The notes below the pieces were generated by a model. That model did no database searches and had not been told where the DNA came from. It was given only the letters and a program-made list of their open reading frames with translations. A stretch of 64,000 nucleotides of DNA. It comes from Basidiobolus meristosporus CBS 931.73 (taxonomy: Eukaryota > Fungi > Basidiobolomycota). The stretch spans positions 37,603-101,602 of the forward strand of contig MCFE01000296.1 in assembly GCA_002104905.1 (NCBI GenBank). Direction: 5' to 3'. A program made the translations under genes and the position numbers. Shown here piece after piece: positions 39,295-52,912 of the stretch. The stretch's first letter is position 1. Each line of letters opens with the position of its first letter.

Positions 39295-42115
39295 ATGAAG
39301 CTGGGGATTTTGGCCAAGTACGATGATCTACTTAGTGATATCTTGGTCGATTCGTTGTTTCTATGGCACCGAACCCATAAAATGAATCAAAATCGACGCT
39401 CTACTGGAGTAAAAAAATGAAGACATTGTTGATATAGTCCTAGATAGTATAGTTGCTAAAGGATCGATAGGTTGCGCAGTTCAACGATTATTAAGGTATT
39501 TCATAGGCTTGGTTACTTCATTCTGTACTCACTGGAGTGTACTTGAGAATCAACCCTAATGTATCTGGTATTTGCCAACTTTAGTTTGGATTACATCAAG
39601 ATATTTTTACGCAGGCAGAGTGTTGCGGATATACAAGGATTTATCGAGTATGTTATTTTTAAGAAACATAGACGATTCTAGTATTGATTATTGAATGGAT
39701 AACTTTAGACATTCAAAGAGATATTTCTCAATATATCGCCCAGAAGCTGGTTTTGAAATTAGTCAGACTCACTAGTATAGAACAAACAAGACCGAGGCTA
39801 CTGCGGTGGCACCCAGATGTTGGGAAGTTGGCGAAGAAATACGATGTTGTAGTGGTGGAATTGCCGAATTGTCCGAACAAGAACTGCAAAATTTGGAAAA
39901 GTGAAAGATGGATTTTAGTGTGATGTGGTCAAGTAGAAATAACAGTTATTGCTTCTTCTCGGGTCCAGCACGATTTGTAAATGTAAGTTGGATATACAGA
40001 ACTGTTCACTGGTATATAACAAGTATTGAGAGCAGCCGACTGATGTTTCTTTGTTAAGCTTAGCACGACTGTAATTCCAATTGTGGGGTAAGTCGTGTAT
40101 AATATCTCTTCCCTGATGTGGCCTCTCTTGTAACACCAAAAAAGTTTGAGCCTTTTGGGCCGGATGGAATTTGTCCAAAGGTGGTTAGGGCTATTGATGT
40201 TGGTGAAATTACCACATATTATGGGGGAATTACTTTGGTGACAAAAATTGTGAATGCCAATGTGAGAAATCGAATTCAGACACCATCAACATCTATCTAA
40301 ATAGCACTACCGAACATTAGAGTGGGCGAAGGTGCGTTCAAACCAACCATCGGAAGCATTCTAGAAGCTAGTGACCATGAACATACCCGTAGAAGTTCAA
40401 GAAGTCGTATCCATAACCATAGTTCGAATAAAATATCTTCATACTTTAAGGGAGAAAGTATACTAACATGTCACTTTTCTAGCCTGCCAATATATGGATT
40501 GATGATGCGCTTCTCTCAGAGTACCCAACAATCGCTTGTATGAAGGAGCTCCGCACCAGTGACGTATGCCCGCGGCGCGAGCGATACAAAAGAATATTTG
40601 GCGTCGGGTGGCCGAATAGATCACCAAGAAAACACGTATCACATCAGGCAAGTGTCCATGTGAGATGCCTTTGAACGTCAAGCAACCTTTCTATGTCTAG
40701 CCCGCGTTGGAGTATGAGAGTGTGATAATTGATGAGATTTATGTGAGAGTACAAGAAGCCACAATTGGTATGTCGCTTACTTTATCTGCTCTTATTCTTG
40801 CTATTAATTTGGCGGGTAGAAATACCTGGCTCAGCAAGCAAGCAAGCCGCACCCACGATGACACCTGAACTTGAGGACTCTTCCAAGAAGCGACTCGCGA
40901 GTGCGACGTCGACATACGTGAAGAAGAAATCCAAGCCATTCACATCTTCCATATTCTCCCTAGTACCTGGCGCTGCTAACTCTGATAAGCAAGCCACCAA
41001 TACCGTGGGCGAATCAAGTAAGCTTTCCTGGTATTCTTCGATCGGAAGGGTACGGGTATTAACTATCCAAAGCATTTCCAGATACCAGCGGGGAGGTATC
41101 CGAAATACCAACGTATGAATCCAGCCTTGCCACCGATATATCTGAATCACATACTTCGCGAGACGGTGTTCCTGTAGAAATTCCCAAAATATACGAGAGC
41201 CTCAGTAAATTGGCATAATTGCTTTCTGACAGTGTGCAACCGACCGAGAATCCCACATTTCTAAAGAGCACCTGTGTGCCCAGATCGGTCGTATCGTCGA
41301 CGACTCTAACGGAAAGCGACACTTTTGGAGCCGCAGTTCTAGATTTCACCAAAACGGTTGTCTTTGCTAATTCCTTAGATGATAGCGAGCCTTTCGGGTG
41401 GCCAGCACCACTTGTTCCCGCATCAGAGCGTGATGACTATGCGCAAACCAAAGCCTGGCCAACACACCTTAAGGTATTTTGAAGATGGGACTTACTCCGT
41501 GTGCCCATCCAATGAATTTGTCCTATTCGACCCTTCCACGAAACCACTCACCCGCTTTAAGAGTCTTCCCGGATTTTCTGAATCACGTTGCTGTACGTCG
41601 GGCAGTAGCCTTCTTCGAGACCGGACAAGTGCTGAGTGAGATCAAATGGCTACGGTGGCAGGCCAATGGGAATAAGGTATCATCCATTCTATTTTTCCGA
41701 TTTGTCATGATGTAACATGATTCACTGTCGATCTAGCCCACATCACGACGAAGGCACGAAGGTAAGAATTCTAGTAGCTGTCAGCAGTAAGAATGGTAGC
41801 ATAACCACGATGCAACGAGTCGGATGTTGTGATCATAAAGACATATATGTGCGTTGTTGATGATGAGATTCAGGTGACCAGCCCTGCGCACCCAGGGAAA
41901 TCATGGAGAGCAATAGTGAAGGAAGTCGATATCCTCCAACATAGCATGCACACTGGGCTGCATTATTATGTTCATTACTCTAGAGCTAGCACGAGGTATG
42001 TTGCTGCCCAATCCCACTTGCTGTACCATGAATTAATTCCCAGTATGACTTCAGTCAGGATCAATGGATTCCTCCTTCTCATATTGGACACTACTACCAT
42101 TGCAAGGCCTTATAG
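39295..42115 (+). pseudogene. SET9: Disrupted Set9/Suv4-20-like H4K20 methyltransferase followed by PWWP-like and Tudor-knot-like segments
   Basis: Conceptual translation: LAKYDDLLSDILVD...YRPEAGFEISQT...DFSVMWSS...GPARFVN|HDCNSNC...YYG-NYFGDKNCECQC. Lesions: frameshift in the A7 run at 39411-39417, in-frame TAG 39773-39775, TGA 39902-39904, further frameshifts near 40225 and 41470. Confidence 0.8.
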
Positions 42116-42461
42116 ACATTCTGTATTATTAGTTTATTTTTTGGTGCTTCTTCCTAGAACGAATCCATCCATGTGTTTCTCAATCATTTGATTATTTGAC
42201 AGGTGATCATCTGGTAGCACGGCATCGATTTTTGTGTAGCATACTGCTTGCAATGTAGCATCAGCGTGTCGCTGAGATCAGTTTGGATTACAAAAATCTA
42301 TTCTCACCCATCAATCTGATCTTCCTATTCCCAAGAACGAGCTATTGTGTGCTCTTCACTCGAGATTACTCATTGAAGGCTCTTGATTGATAATCATTGT
42401 GATTCTATTTAAATTACCACTGTTCCAACATTGTGCGCTAGCGAGTATTGTTGCGTTCGAA

Positions 42462-42952
42462 ATGGTTGCTGCAGGTGAATTTATCAAAAACTCGATAGGT
42501 GAAAACTCAGTCTTGGTAAGTATGCTCGAGTCTGCTGACTCCGGCCAGCGCTAATGCTTTGTCGCCCTAGATATTTAGCAAGAGCTATTGCCCGTAACAT
42601 ACTTCATATATGGCTGTTTTAGTTGCTATCTCACTAACCAAACGTCCAGCTATTGCGCTCGCGCCAAAGAACTTTTCACTAATCTAAAGGTTGCCTATAA
42701 GGCCATCGAACTCGATGAGTGCGGTAAGTAGGCTTAGGGTTAACCCAGCGTAAATAGTCCCGGGCTAACCGAAAACCCCCATCGTTAGAAAGTGGAAAAG
42801 AAATTCAGGAGGAGCTGAGGGTGCTCACAGGACAGCGAACCGTTCCAAACGTGTTCGTAAATGGCCAGCATATTGGTGGCTATGATGCAGTAAGTAATGC
42901 CAAGCAGACTGGGAAATTGGACAATTATTTGCAGCAGAAGGCTAAGCTTTAG
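42462..42952 (+). CDS. Dithiol glutaredoxin (CPYC); three introns
   Basis: IFSKSYCP|YCARAK, IELDE, TGQRTVPNVFVNGQHIGG; ends QQKAKL*. Start codon uncertain. Confidence 0.9.
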
Positions 42953-43475
42953 CGCCCATTGTATCCAAAATCGCCATAATTTGCATTATCCCTGAGCCCC
43001 GAGTCTCCTATGTGTATCTTAAGCAATAAACTAAGCATGGATGTTATTACGTGGTACACAGCATGAGTACCCACCGCATTCTCCCTTCCATATGTTTCGT
43101 CATAGTTTTAATCTATTCATCTCTGATTCTTCATTCGTCATGTGTTATCCGAATGGTGTGAGATGGTCAGGTGATTTGATGCACTGAGCAGGAGTCACTC
43201 ATTGATTTCGCGATGGGCCGTCCAGTTTCATTACCCTTTTTCACAAAGTTCCATATTGAGACCCCGCACACCTGATTCAAATGCTTCTGGTGGATATTCA
43301 TCTGACCCCTTTGCCATATGACCTTGATATTTCTTTCCTTATAAATCATGAATAATCTGGTCGTTGAAAATAGTAGCTCCTCCATCTATCATCCTCTTTA
43401 CCACGCTTTGTTCACTTTGTATTTTCTAATTGTCCCTTATCAGCAGTAGTGCTTTTGAATTACTGCTCTATCAAC

Positions 43476-44730
43476 ATGGGTTACTATACTTATTTCCTAG
43501 TGGGCGGTATGCTGCTCACCGGCACCCTGAACACGCTATTAAACAAAATCCAGGATAAGCAGTGTGTGGAAAACTGTGACGATCCCGATCCTTCGAAGCA
43601 TCAACTGTTTGAGCAACCTGTGTGGCAAACGTTGAACATGTTCATCGGAGAAGCCTCGTGCCTCCTTGCCTTCTACTTTATCCAGCTATCGAACAGACGC
43701 CGCAATGCTAATCAGGGTTACGAGGAGATCCCTGGCTCTAGTACGCCCAGAGGACAAGAAGAAGATGTAGAGGGTGACGATAGTTCTGTTGTAAAGAAAC
43801 GCTTATCTTCATCGCAGCCTTCTACTGAGCCTCTAGAGGGCTGGAAGACCCTTTTAATGTGGTTACCCACGTTGTGTGATATTTGCGGGACTACTGTAGG
43901 TGCATCCATCGCTACTAGTCATTTGAAGAAAGTTAAACAAATTTACCATTTTATAGTTAATGAATGTTGGCCTGATTTACATCTCTGCGTCCATTTATCA
44001 AATGCTCCGTGGTGCAGTGGTGCTATTTGCTGGAGTTTTCTCGGTTGTCTTCTTGAAGCGCAAGCTACACCTATATCAGTGGTTCTCCTTAATTTTGGTC
44101 GTCCTGGGTGTCAGCATTGTTGGCGCCAGCAGCATTCTATTCCCAGACGAAAGCCCAGGGGCGCACCCAGCTGTAAACGCTTCATTTGTAGGGATATTCA
44201 TGGTGTTATTTGCACAGATCTTCACCGCATCTCAGTTTGTTATCGAAGAGAAGGTTCTACACGGATACCATATCGTCCCCGTAAAGGCGGTTGGCTTGGA
44301 GGGCGTTTTTGGTATAGTTTCGTTGGTTCTTGGCGTCCCAGTCCTCTACTTCTTATTTGGCAAAGGAACGAAGGGATACTTTGATATACCTGTGGGTTGG
44401 AATCAAATTATTAACCACCCACCTGTGCTAATATCTGGCATACTGATTGCACTCAGCATTGCATTCTTCAATTGGTTTGGATTATCGGTTACACGCACGA
44501 TTAGTGCAACTTCAAGATCAACTATTGATACATGCCGTACCCTATTCATTTGGATGGCTAGTCTATCTCTAGGATGGGAACAATTCAGATGGCTGCAGGT
44601 GCTTGGGTTTGTCGTTTTAATTTATGGCACTTTCTTATTCAACGGTGTGGTCTCCCCTCCCTTTTGCAAGGTAGATCATTCCGAATCTAGTGAACAATCT
44701 ACATCTTCAGCTACACAAGATGAAGTGTAG
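43476..44730 (+). CDS. SLC35F6-like nucleotide-sugar transporter / DMT family
   Basis: LLTGTLNTLLNK, FEQPVWQTLNMFIGE, LPTLCDICGTT, ASIYQMLRGAVVLF, QFVIEEK, SATSRSTIDTCRT; one intron ~43898-43957. Confidence 0.9.
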
Positions 44731-45082
44731 GTGCCTCACCCCTTTCTTTACGAGTCCATATTACCCTTGATTTGGGATCCTTCTTACTTGAATAATGCTT
44801 CGCCTATTATTCTAGTCTTCTCTTTGTATATTAGAACTTCACTAAATAAAATGAAGAATATGTGTGAATCAGTCGAGTTCCTCTAAATATATAATCGGAA
44901 TGTGACTTGAACTTCTTAATTTGGTCAGTGTTTGCCGTAAGTATGACCACGATGTTCGCCATAAAATACGAATAGCGTCACATCTGTCATATTGGCGCAA
45001 ATGCGATCACGCTAATATTTCGGTCTATATAAACCGAAGACCAGGCAACGCAACGTTGTTGAACAACATAAACCTTTACCGG

Positions 45083-47304
45083 ATGATTTCTCTCCTCGGT
45101 AAACTCCGTTCGGATATACTGTTCTCGTTACAGGCAGTTCATTTACATTCGCTCAAAACAGGATTAAAGAAGACACATATCGCTTCATCAACAGGTCTCC
45201 TTCCCCAGTTTTGCCGAATAATTTCTGCTGGGACCAAAGACAACAAATCTACTCGTAGAAATGTAGGCAACCTAATCCCAACAAGGTTCGTTACCTCAGT
45301 AGGAAAAAGCCAGGGTAAGTAAACTGTTATTAGGGCCGAGTTAACTCTTTGATTGACCACCTACGACTACTAGGGAAAATTGTTATATTAGGTACTCAAA
45401 TCTCACGTCCCACGACTATACTGCCCCCTTAATGTGCAAAATACTGAAGTATGTTGACACTTGTTTGGCTATCTACTCTACAAGGATCTGGTTGGGCTGG
45501 TGAGATTTTATGATACCCACTACACTGTAGAATGGCACTAATGCTATTTACTATCTGTGTTGACTTGTGGTAGGCTTCAAGGTGTTGAAGAAAATCAACC
45601 AGAAAAAATATGATGTTCATGTAGTCTCACCGAGAAATTACTTCGTATTCACACCCTTGCTCGCCAGCACTTCGGTTGGTACATTGGAATTTCGTTGCAT
45701 TGTTGAGCCAGTAAAGCAGCATGCAAGAGAGGCCACTTTCTACGAAGCATGGTGTGATAACCTTGGTATATTTATGTATCCCATGATATATCAATCAGTC
45801 GCCCTAATTAACCTCGGTTACTTTTAGATCTTGAAAAGCAACAAATCCTCTGCACCAGCAACTTAGGTGATAAAAATGAGAAATTCTTGCTTGACTATGA
45901 TATTCTGGTGATCTCTGTTGGGGCTTATTCGAATACATTCAATGTACCTGGTGTTAAAGAAAATGCTTTATTTCTAAAAGACATCAACGATGCAAGAGCC
46001 ATCCGGCATCGAGTTATTGAACGTCAGTATATTTTTTGTAGATATCCATATCAGGCTATTTCCACTGACTCGCTCATTACCAGGCTTCGAGCAAGCGTCC
46101 CAGCCTGGGACTTCCGAAAAAGATCAATTGGCATTGTTACATTTCGCTGGTAAGATAACGTTATATTCCACAGAGAGGTTTCTCTCAGTAATAGCCTTAC
46201 CTCCTATTCATGAATCGCCAGTCATTGGAGGTGGACCTACAGTAAGTTGCTCTCCGTTTGGAGAATAGAAACAAGCAATTGACAATGTAACTTCTCAGGG
46301 AATCGAATTTTCTGGAGAACTGCACGATTTCATTTCGGATGATATCTCAAGGCTTTACCCTAGTTTGGTAGACAAAGTGCAGATGACAGTTTATGATGTA
46401 GCGCCAAAGATTCTTTCAAGCTTTGACTCGTCGTTAGAGCAGTATGTTACCAAGCGCTTTATGAGACGAGGAATTAAGATTCGTACAGGAGCGGTAATTG
46501 AAGAGGTCAGACAACACTCTGTTATGATAAAGGGCCAAGGCGAAGGTGACTTCTCAGTAGTATGACATGACTCCGACGGCATATCTAACTGAACGATGTA
46601 GAGCCTACCGGCCTGGTTGTGTGGGCCACTGGCCTGACAGAAAACCCTTTAATTAGCGCCATGGAAGGTCAAGCTGCAAAGGACAATAGGAAACGACTTT
46701 TGACTGATCGGCATTTAAGAGTTTTAAATCCTTTCGACAAGAAGCCTATCGACAACGTGTAAGTGAAATGGTACATGTATGGCGCCTCCCCGCATACATT
46801 AACCCAAAATTACCAAGATACGCCCTTGGCGATTGTGCAACGATCGAGGATTTGGAATTACCGGCAACCGCACAAGTGGCCAAACAAAAAGGAGAATATC
46901 TAGTCAAGGGTAAGTGGTGAATTCAGATACATTTTCTCGGAAACACGCACTGAATTGCATCACAAAGCGTTGAATCGGGTTGCAAAGGAAGGAACTACTG
47001 ATGCTTGGAACAAAATCAAACCGTTCGACTATCAGCATATGGGCAGCATGGCCTATGTTGGTGGGTGGAAAGGTTAGCACAACATCCACATATATCTTTT
47101 CTTCTACTGAACGCTGTTTGGTCCATAGCTATTGTCGAACTCGGGCCGGACAAAAAGAATGAGATCAAACATGCCGGATGGCTATCATGGCTGTTTTGGA
47201 GATCAGCATACTTCACCATGAGTGTATCAAATAAGAACAAAGTTCTGATTCCCATGTATTGGTTTTTAACTTGGATATTCGGAAGAGACATTAGTCGATT
47301 TTAA
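45083..47304 (+). CDS. Mitochondrial type II (rotenone-insensitive) NADH dehydrogenase, Nde/Ndi family; many introns
   Basis: Presequence-like N-terminus; [78 protein letters not shown]. Confidence 0.93.
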
Positions 47305-47544
47305 GCTTGAAGTAAACAGATTAACAAACACACTTGTATTTCGACAGCTGATGTATTGCTCTATTCACAACAAACACCTGGAATTTTACCAATCATCAAG
47401 CACACAAAGATTTACCATATTTAATGGGATGTAGCAAAGTCTGAATCAAGCCCATCTCCCTCTTAATTCTTATTTACGTAACCTAGAATCGCTCAAGTCA
47501 CTAGATAGCCCTGCTGCCCATTTTCTACTCAAACTGACTTGAAC

Positions 47545-48272
47545 ATGCTTGGCACTGGTGAAGAATCTAACAACGCTTTGCCCAACTCTGAGAGTCAGAT
47601 CAACTCCAAGTTTACGCTGCAACCGGTGAACGAACAGAATCTCTCAAAATTACGTAGACTAAATAGTGTTCTGTTTCCTGTAAAATATAGTGAACACTTT
47701 TATCAAGCAGTGCTGGAAGCTGGAGAGATGGCAAAGTTAGGTTTGTATATTTAACTTCCAGTATATCTTTCAATTTTCGGAACTGAAAAATGGTTGATGT
47801 ATCATCCCTTTGCTTCCCACATAACCCTTACTGAGCAGCAAAAATCCAACTAAATTCTTTTTGAACTAAGCCTATTTCAAGGACACTTGCGTTGGAACCG
47901 TATGCTGTCGCCGTGAAGAAGTGCCGGACTCTCCAGGGAAAATACAATTGTACATCATGACCCTTGGGGTCCTATCGCCCTATAGACGCTGCGGTTTAGG
48001 TAAATTGGTAACTTGAAGAAATCAATTTAGCTTTTTGGTTACTGAAGGAGGTACATTACATAGGAGCGATGCTTCTTCAGCACATTTTTACTGAATGTGC
48101 GAAGGAAGAGAACATAGTCAAGGTGTATCTTCATGTACAAACTAGCAATGAAGAAGCCTTAAAGTTTTATGAGAAGTTTGGATTTGTCAAATCACACGAG
48201 ATTGAACACTACTACCGACGTATTCAGGATGCTAACGCGTTTGTACTGTACAAAGATTTAGTCGCGAAATAA
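47545..48272 (+). CDS. NAA50: N-alpha-acetyltransferase 50 (GNAT, Nat5/San)
   Basis: LRRLNSVLFPVKYSEHFY, LYIMTLGVLSPYRRCGLG, VYLHVQTSNEEALKFYEKFGF; two introns. Confidence 0.9.
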
Positions 48273-48987
48273 GCAAATCGCATTAGTAATCGTCGTATCT
48301 GAAATAAATCAGTATAAGTGTTGGTTATATTTTATATTTGTCCGATCATGGGCTAAGCCGGCTTAGACCCCAATGACGCCATTTGTACATCGTATTGTGA
48401 AAAGATTTTCGCCAAAAAGGTGGCATTAGTGATCTCCTTTTTGGGAGACTTGCCAAAACCATCACCGCAGTTGACAAAAACAAGCAGTGCAGGTTGTGTA
48501 GAATGGAATTTGTAGCATTGGAAAGGTTGAGGGCAGAAAAAAAATCAGTCGTGAGAAAATAGAAAACCAACTTGTAAATCGAAGCCATTTGATTTGTTGG
48601 AAGGAAGAGGGACTTGATTGAAACAACCATTGATGCTGAATATTGGCATGGGCTGCAACTCTCACGTTCATGTATATTTGTATTGATAGGCCATTGTAAT
48701 TGGAATTATTCCACCAACCACTCCACATGTCCTCATGTTTGCTACCAGATTAATATAATCAAATAATATATATATACACCCACACATTGCATTCATGAAA
48801 TAGTTTCCACGTATATGCATCAATATTCCAAATGGGCACTTCATAGATATCATATCCACATGGAGCGACTACGTTTGCTCATTGGGTCTGGTCATGGAAA
48901 GGTCCAAATGCCCAGTTCATATTTAAATATACGTGCCACCTTCCGGCTTGCCTTACCATTCTCTCGTTTACTTATACACTTCGCACC

Positions 48988-50451
48988 ATGACTATTTCAA
49001 ACGAGCTCCGTATTCTTGACACCATTCTTGACAATATCGGCAACACTCCCCTTGTGCGTGTCAATAAGATCGCCAAGGCTGAGGGGTTGGAATGTGAGCT
49101 CCTAGCCAAATGCGAGTATTTCAATGCCGGTGGTTCGGTAAAAGATCGCATTGGAAAACGCATGGTTGAGGAGGCCGAAAAGGCTGGCATTCTCAAACCT
49201 GGGTACACAATCATTGAACCCACTTCCGGTAATACCGGTATCGGTCTTGCTCTTGCCGGTGCTGTCAAGGGATACAGAGTCATCATCACTCTCCCCGAGA
49301 AAATGTCTCAAGAGAAGGTAGATGTTCTGAAGGCCTTGGGCGCTGAGATTATCCGCACCCCAACTGAAGCAGCTTGGGACGCTCCTGAATCTCATATCGG
49401 TGTCGCCAGACGCTTGAACAAGGAAATTCCTAACAGCGTCATCTTGGATCAATACGTTAACGTAAACAACCCTATGGCTCACTACGAGGGTACTGCTGAA
49501 GAGATCCTTCGTGCCTGTGACGGGCAGGTGGATATGATTGTTGCTGGCGCTGGTACTGGTGGTACCATTACTGGTATCGCAAAGAAAATCAAGGAGAGAT
49601 GTCCTAATGTTGAGGTTGTTGGTGTTGACCCCTTCGGTTCTATCCTTGCCCTTCCAGAATCTTTGAACGAAACCGATGTTACTACGTACAAGGTTGAGGG
49701 AATTGGATATGATTTCATTCCTGATGTCCTCCAGCGTCAATATATCGATACATGGGTCAAGAGCAACGATAGGGATTCTTTTATCATGGCTAGGCGTCTT
49801 ATCAGAGAAGAAGGCCTTCTGTGCGGTGGATCATCTGGTACTGCCATGGCAGCTGCAGTCAAGGTTGCCAAAAAACTCAAAGCCGGTCAACGTTGCGTTG
49901 TTATCTTACCAGATTCTGTACGTAATTACATGAGCAAGTTCTTGAATGATGATTGGATGAAAGAGAGTGGTTTCTCCGACTCCACCAGTCAAAAGGAGGA
50001 GCGCCAGCAAACCGAGAAATGGGGTGGTGCTACCATCAAAGACCTCAACCTTCCTGCTGCTATCACTGTGCAACCAAAGACTACTTGCCGTGAGGCCTTG
50101 AGTATTATGGAGAAGAACAGTTTTGATCAGCTCCCCGTGGTTTCCGAAACCCACCGCGTGGTTGGTTTGGTAACTATGGGAAACATCCTGTCGAAAGTTT
50201 GTTCCGGCAAGATTACCGGTGACGCACCGGTAAGCATGGTCATGTTCAAATTCACCACTGTTGGAAAGGACTTCTTCGAGATTTCAGTGAACACACCATT
50301 AGCAGAGATGTCTCGTTTCTTTGAAACCAACTCATCAGCCATCGTCACAGAGAGAACATCTGATGTGGAAAAGGTTTCCACTGCTGAGTTGAAAGTTCTC
50401 CACATAGTGACCAAAGTAGACTTGTTATCCTGGTTAATGAAGCAGTTGTAA
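48988..50451 (+). CDS. CYS4: Cystathionine beta-synthase with C-terminal CBS domains
   Basis: Single 487-aa ORF: [48 protein letters not shown]; lacks the animal N-terminal heme domain, as expected for fungi. Confidence 0.97.
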   Translation: MTISNELRILDTILDNIGNTPLVRVNKIAKAEGLECELLAKCEYFNAGGSVKDRIGKRMVEEAEKAGILKPGYTIIEPTSGNTGIGLALAGAVKGYRVIITLPEKMSQEKVDVLKALGAEIIRTPTEAAWDAPESHIGVARRLNKEIPNSVILDQYVNVNNPMAHYEGTAEEILRACDGQVDMIVAGAGTGGTITGIAKKIKERCPNVEVVGVDPFGSILALPESLNETDVTTYKVEGIGYDFIPDVLQRQYIDTWVKSNDRDSFIMARRLIREEGLLCGGSSGTAMAAAVKVAKKLKAGQRCVVILPDSVRNYMSKFLNDDWMKESGFSDSTSQKEERQQTEKWGGATIKDLNLPAAITVQPKTTCREALSIMEKNSFDQLPVVSETHRVVGLVTMGNILSKVCSGKITGDAPVSMVMFKFTTVGKDFFEISVNTPLAEMSRFFETNSSAIVTERTSDVEKVSTAELKVLHIVTKVDLLSWLMKQL

Positions 50452-52109
50452 ATGTTATCTATATATCATACTTAATTAAATTCTTTTCATTGGGCCTATT
50501 GTGAGCATGATTCCTGAGTATTGGTTCCCTTATAGCTTGCCAAATTCCAATTAGAGATATGCATGTGTTTGCTGCTCGTTAGGCCCATGACTATCGGGTT
50601 AGCCCCGCGAGATACAATACATTGGGGTCTCTTTTAGGCCGGTGTTTGTTTGGGCTATTTTAAAATGCCAAATGGCCTCACTGTCAAGGTTAGTTGTGGG
50701 TGCTACTGGCTACTCTGCTGTCGAATTGAGGGGTACAACCAGTATTACACATGACTTTCAATTGCAGGCTTGTGTGGACCTGCAGGCGTACTCCGTAACA
50801 AGCATGCATTGATTGTCTGAGAGCAAGTCTTGTTCACGATGAGGGTCTCCACTCCAAGTATATTCATATTGGCGATCCAAAGCTAGTTTTCTGTAGTGCG
50901 GGATCGGCTCGCACTCCGATAATTATATTGGAATACATGCCAACACTAGCATACAGCAATCATTCCACATGGTTTGATCAGCAGCATGCCCGTAATTCGG
51001 ATCTCATATTTGGGAGGTAGTATTAGTGAATATAATATATCACCACAATTATAGGCACTCTTCACTCCCAGCTCACGATTGGGCTTGTTTCATGCTTTGA
51101 AATAAATGTTTTGGTGAACTCTGTAATACATGGCCCTGCATAAAAAACTCCGTCTCCCTTAGATGCCCTCACAGCCGCTTCCAAAACCTTTTTCAACGTT
51201 ACACGACCACCGCTGCATGGTAAATCCGACACCCCACCAAAAAGCTCCACAACAAAGCGCAGGCCACCCGAGGATTCCCTTCTGTTTAAGGAGTTCGAGC
51301 TAGCTGTATTGGTATGAAATTCTCGCACCAGACTCCGTTGATATGACAAGGAGTAAAACTCCTGGATTATGCTATATATTAGAGACATCGGTCTTTTTCA
51401 TAGAGATTCATTAACTGATCGAATTTGCCCAACCGAGAACTACAAGGCTAGAAGGTCCAGGGTTCCAAGTTCTTGAAGCCATACCGTGGTCTTCTACATA
51501 CAAATCTAACGACAATGCTATAGAAGGTGTCGATATGAATAATGCTGGTTCTTTCACCATCGACTTGGAGAGCATGCCTACGCCCAGGCCAGAGGTATCT
51601 CACACATTAGCTGGAAAGATTACCCGCGAGATGGACAAATGCTTATCAGTCATGCACCATGCTGGAGCATTAGTGAGATGTCTTGGGGGAGTTTGGAATC
51701 TTCTACCCTCAGATAGAGATGTTGTAAACATACACCGTTGACAGGGGTATCGGATACTGCTAATGCATAAAGGTGTTGTACTTGTCTGAAAGGAGTAATT
51801 GCTAATCATATTGCCAAGGCGACACCCATATAAGACCTCATGTTCAGTTATTGTTGATCTGCAAATAATAATAGGGCCCAACTTCATTAGAAGCTTTCCA
51901 TCCCACCCCAAAACTATCGAAGGTTTCCTAGTGAGATATCACAACACAGCATTGATATGATAATAGCAAGTTTTAGGGGCTTTGTTCCGAGACGGTCAGT
52001 ATCAGGTTAAGGAGATGTGCTGGAAAGCTTAAACAATGCTCCTCAAATATATCATCTATTAAAGGCGCCAGTCAGTCCATCCGCCAGATCTATTACCTCT
52101 TACTTCCAA

Positions 52110-52912
52110 ATGACAAGTTCATCAGTTGCGGAGCACGTGGTTGTGGATAATCTGAGCTCAGTCACTGTGGAGGAGCTTATGTCTGATTTACAGTCGAAGG
52201 AGCCACACACCATAAGTGAGAAAATAGTTCACATTATGGAGTCCCAAAATTTCCATTACACTATTATATCACTGGTACTTTTGGACCTGGTCATCGTCTT
52301 GACTGAGCTGGTATTGAGTAAGTGGACTTAACTTACAGCTATATGCCATTGTCCATGGACTAATGGCGCATGCCGTCTCTTCCGAAAGGTCTATATGAGG
52401 CTGAGGGCTTACTGCTCAATGAACATGCGCTCCAAATAGGACAAGATGTGCTGTTTGCATTAAGTCTCTCGATTCTGGGTCTGTTCATGTTGGAGATTGT
52501 ACTGAAGCTAATCTTCATGGGTATACACTACTTCTTAAATTTCTGGGGAATGTTGGACCTAATAGTAGTGGTCACCTCCTTCGTACTTGAGGTTTACTTT
52601 CACGTGGTGGATGATGCCACTCATAAATCTGTAAGCAGTGCTATTATTCTCTTCCGCTTTTGGAAAATTCTCAGAGTCATCCATGCAGTGGCTCATTCGG
52701 TAGAAAGCAAGGTTAGTGTGTAGCTGGATTATATAATGTACGTTGCTTACTTACTTTCTCTCTCATAGAATCGTCAAATCATAGATGCCACTAACAAAGA
52801 GAAGATTCGGGCGGAAAAGCGAGTTAACATGTATAAAACTAAATACAAAAAGTTACGGGAAGAACATAAGCAACTTCAAATCGCAATGGAAGCCCTCCGT
52901 ATGGAGAGATAG
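52110..52912 (+). CDS. Voltage-gated proton channel Hv1 homologue
   Basis: S1 LVLLDLVIVLTEL (selectivity Asp), S2 FMLEIVLK, S3 LDLIVVVTSFVLE, S4 ILFRFWKILRVIHAV, C-terminal coiled coil; two introns. Confidence 0.88.

Noticed and set aside
49102-49740. Long antisense ORFs over CYS4 and other genes (also 2166-2834, 32631-32969, 34077-34562)
   Set aside because: Shadow frames of well-supported coding genes.
51060-51910. Short ORFs between CYS4 and Hv1
   Set aside because: No recognisable product; possibly decayed coding sequence but unsupported.
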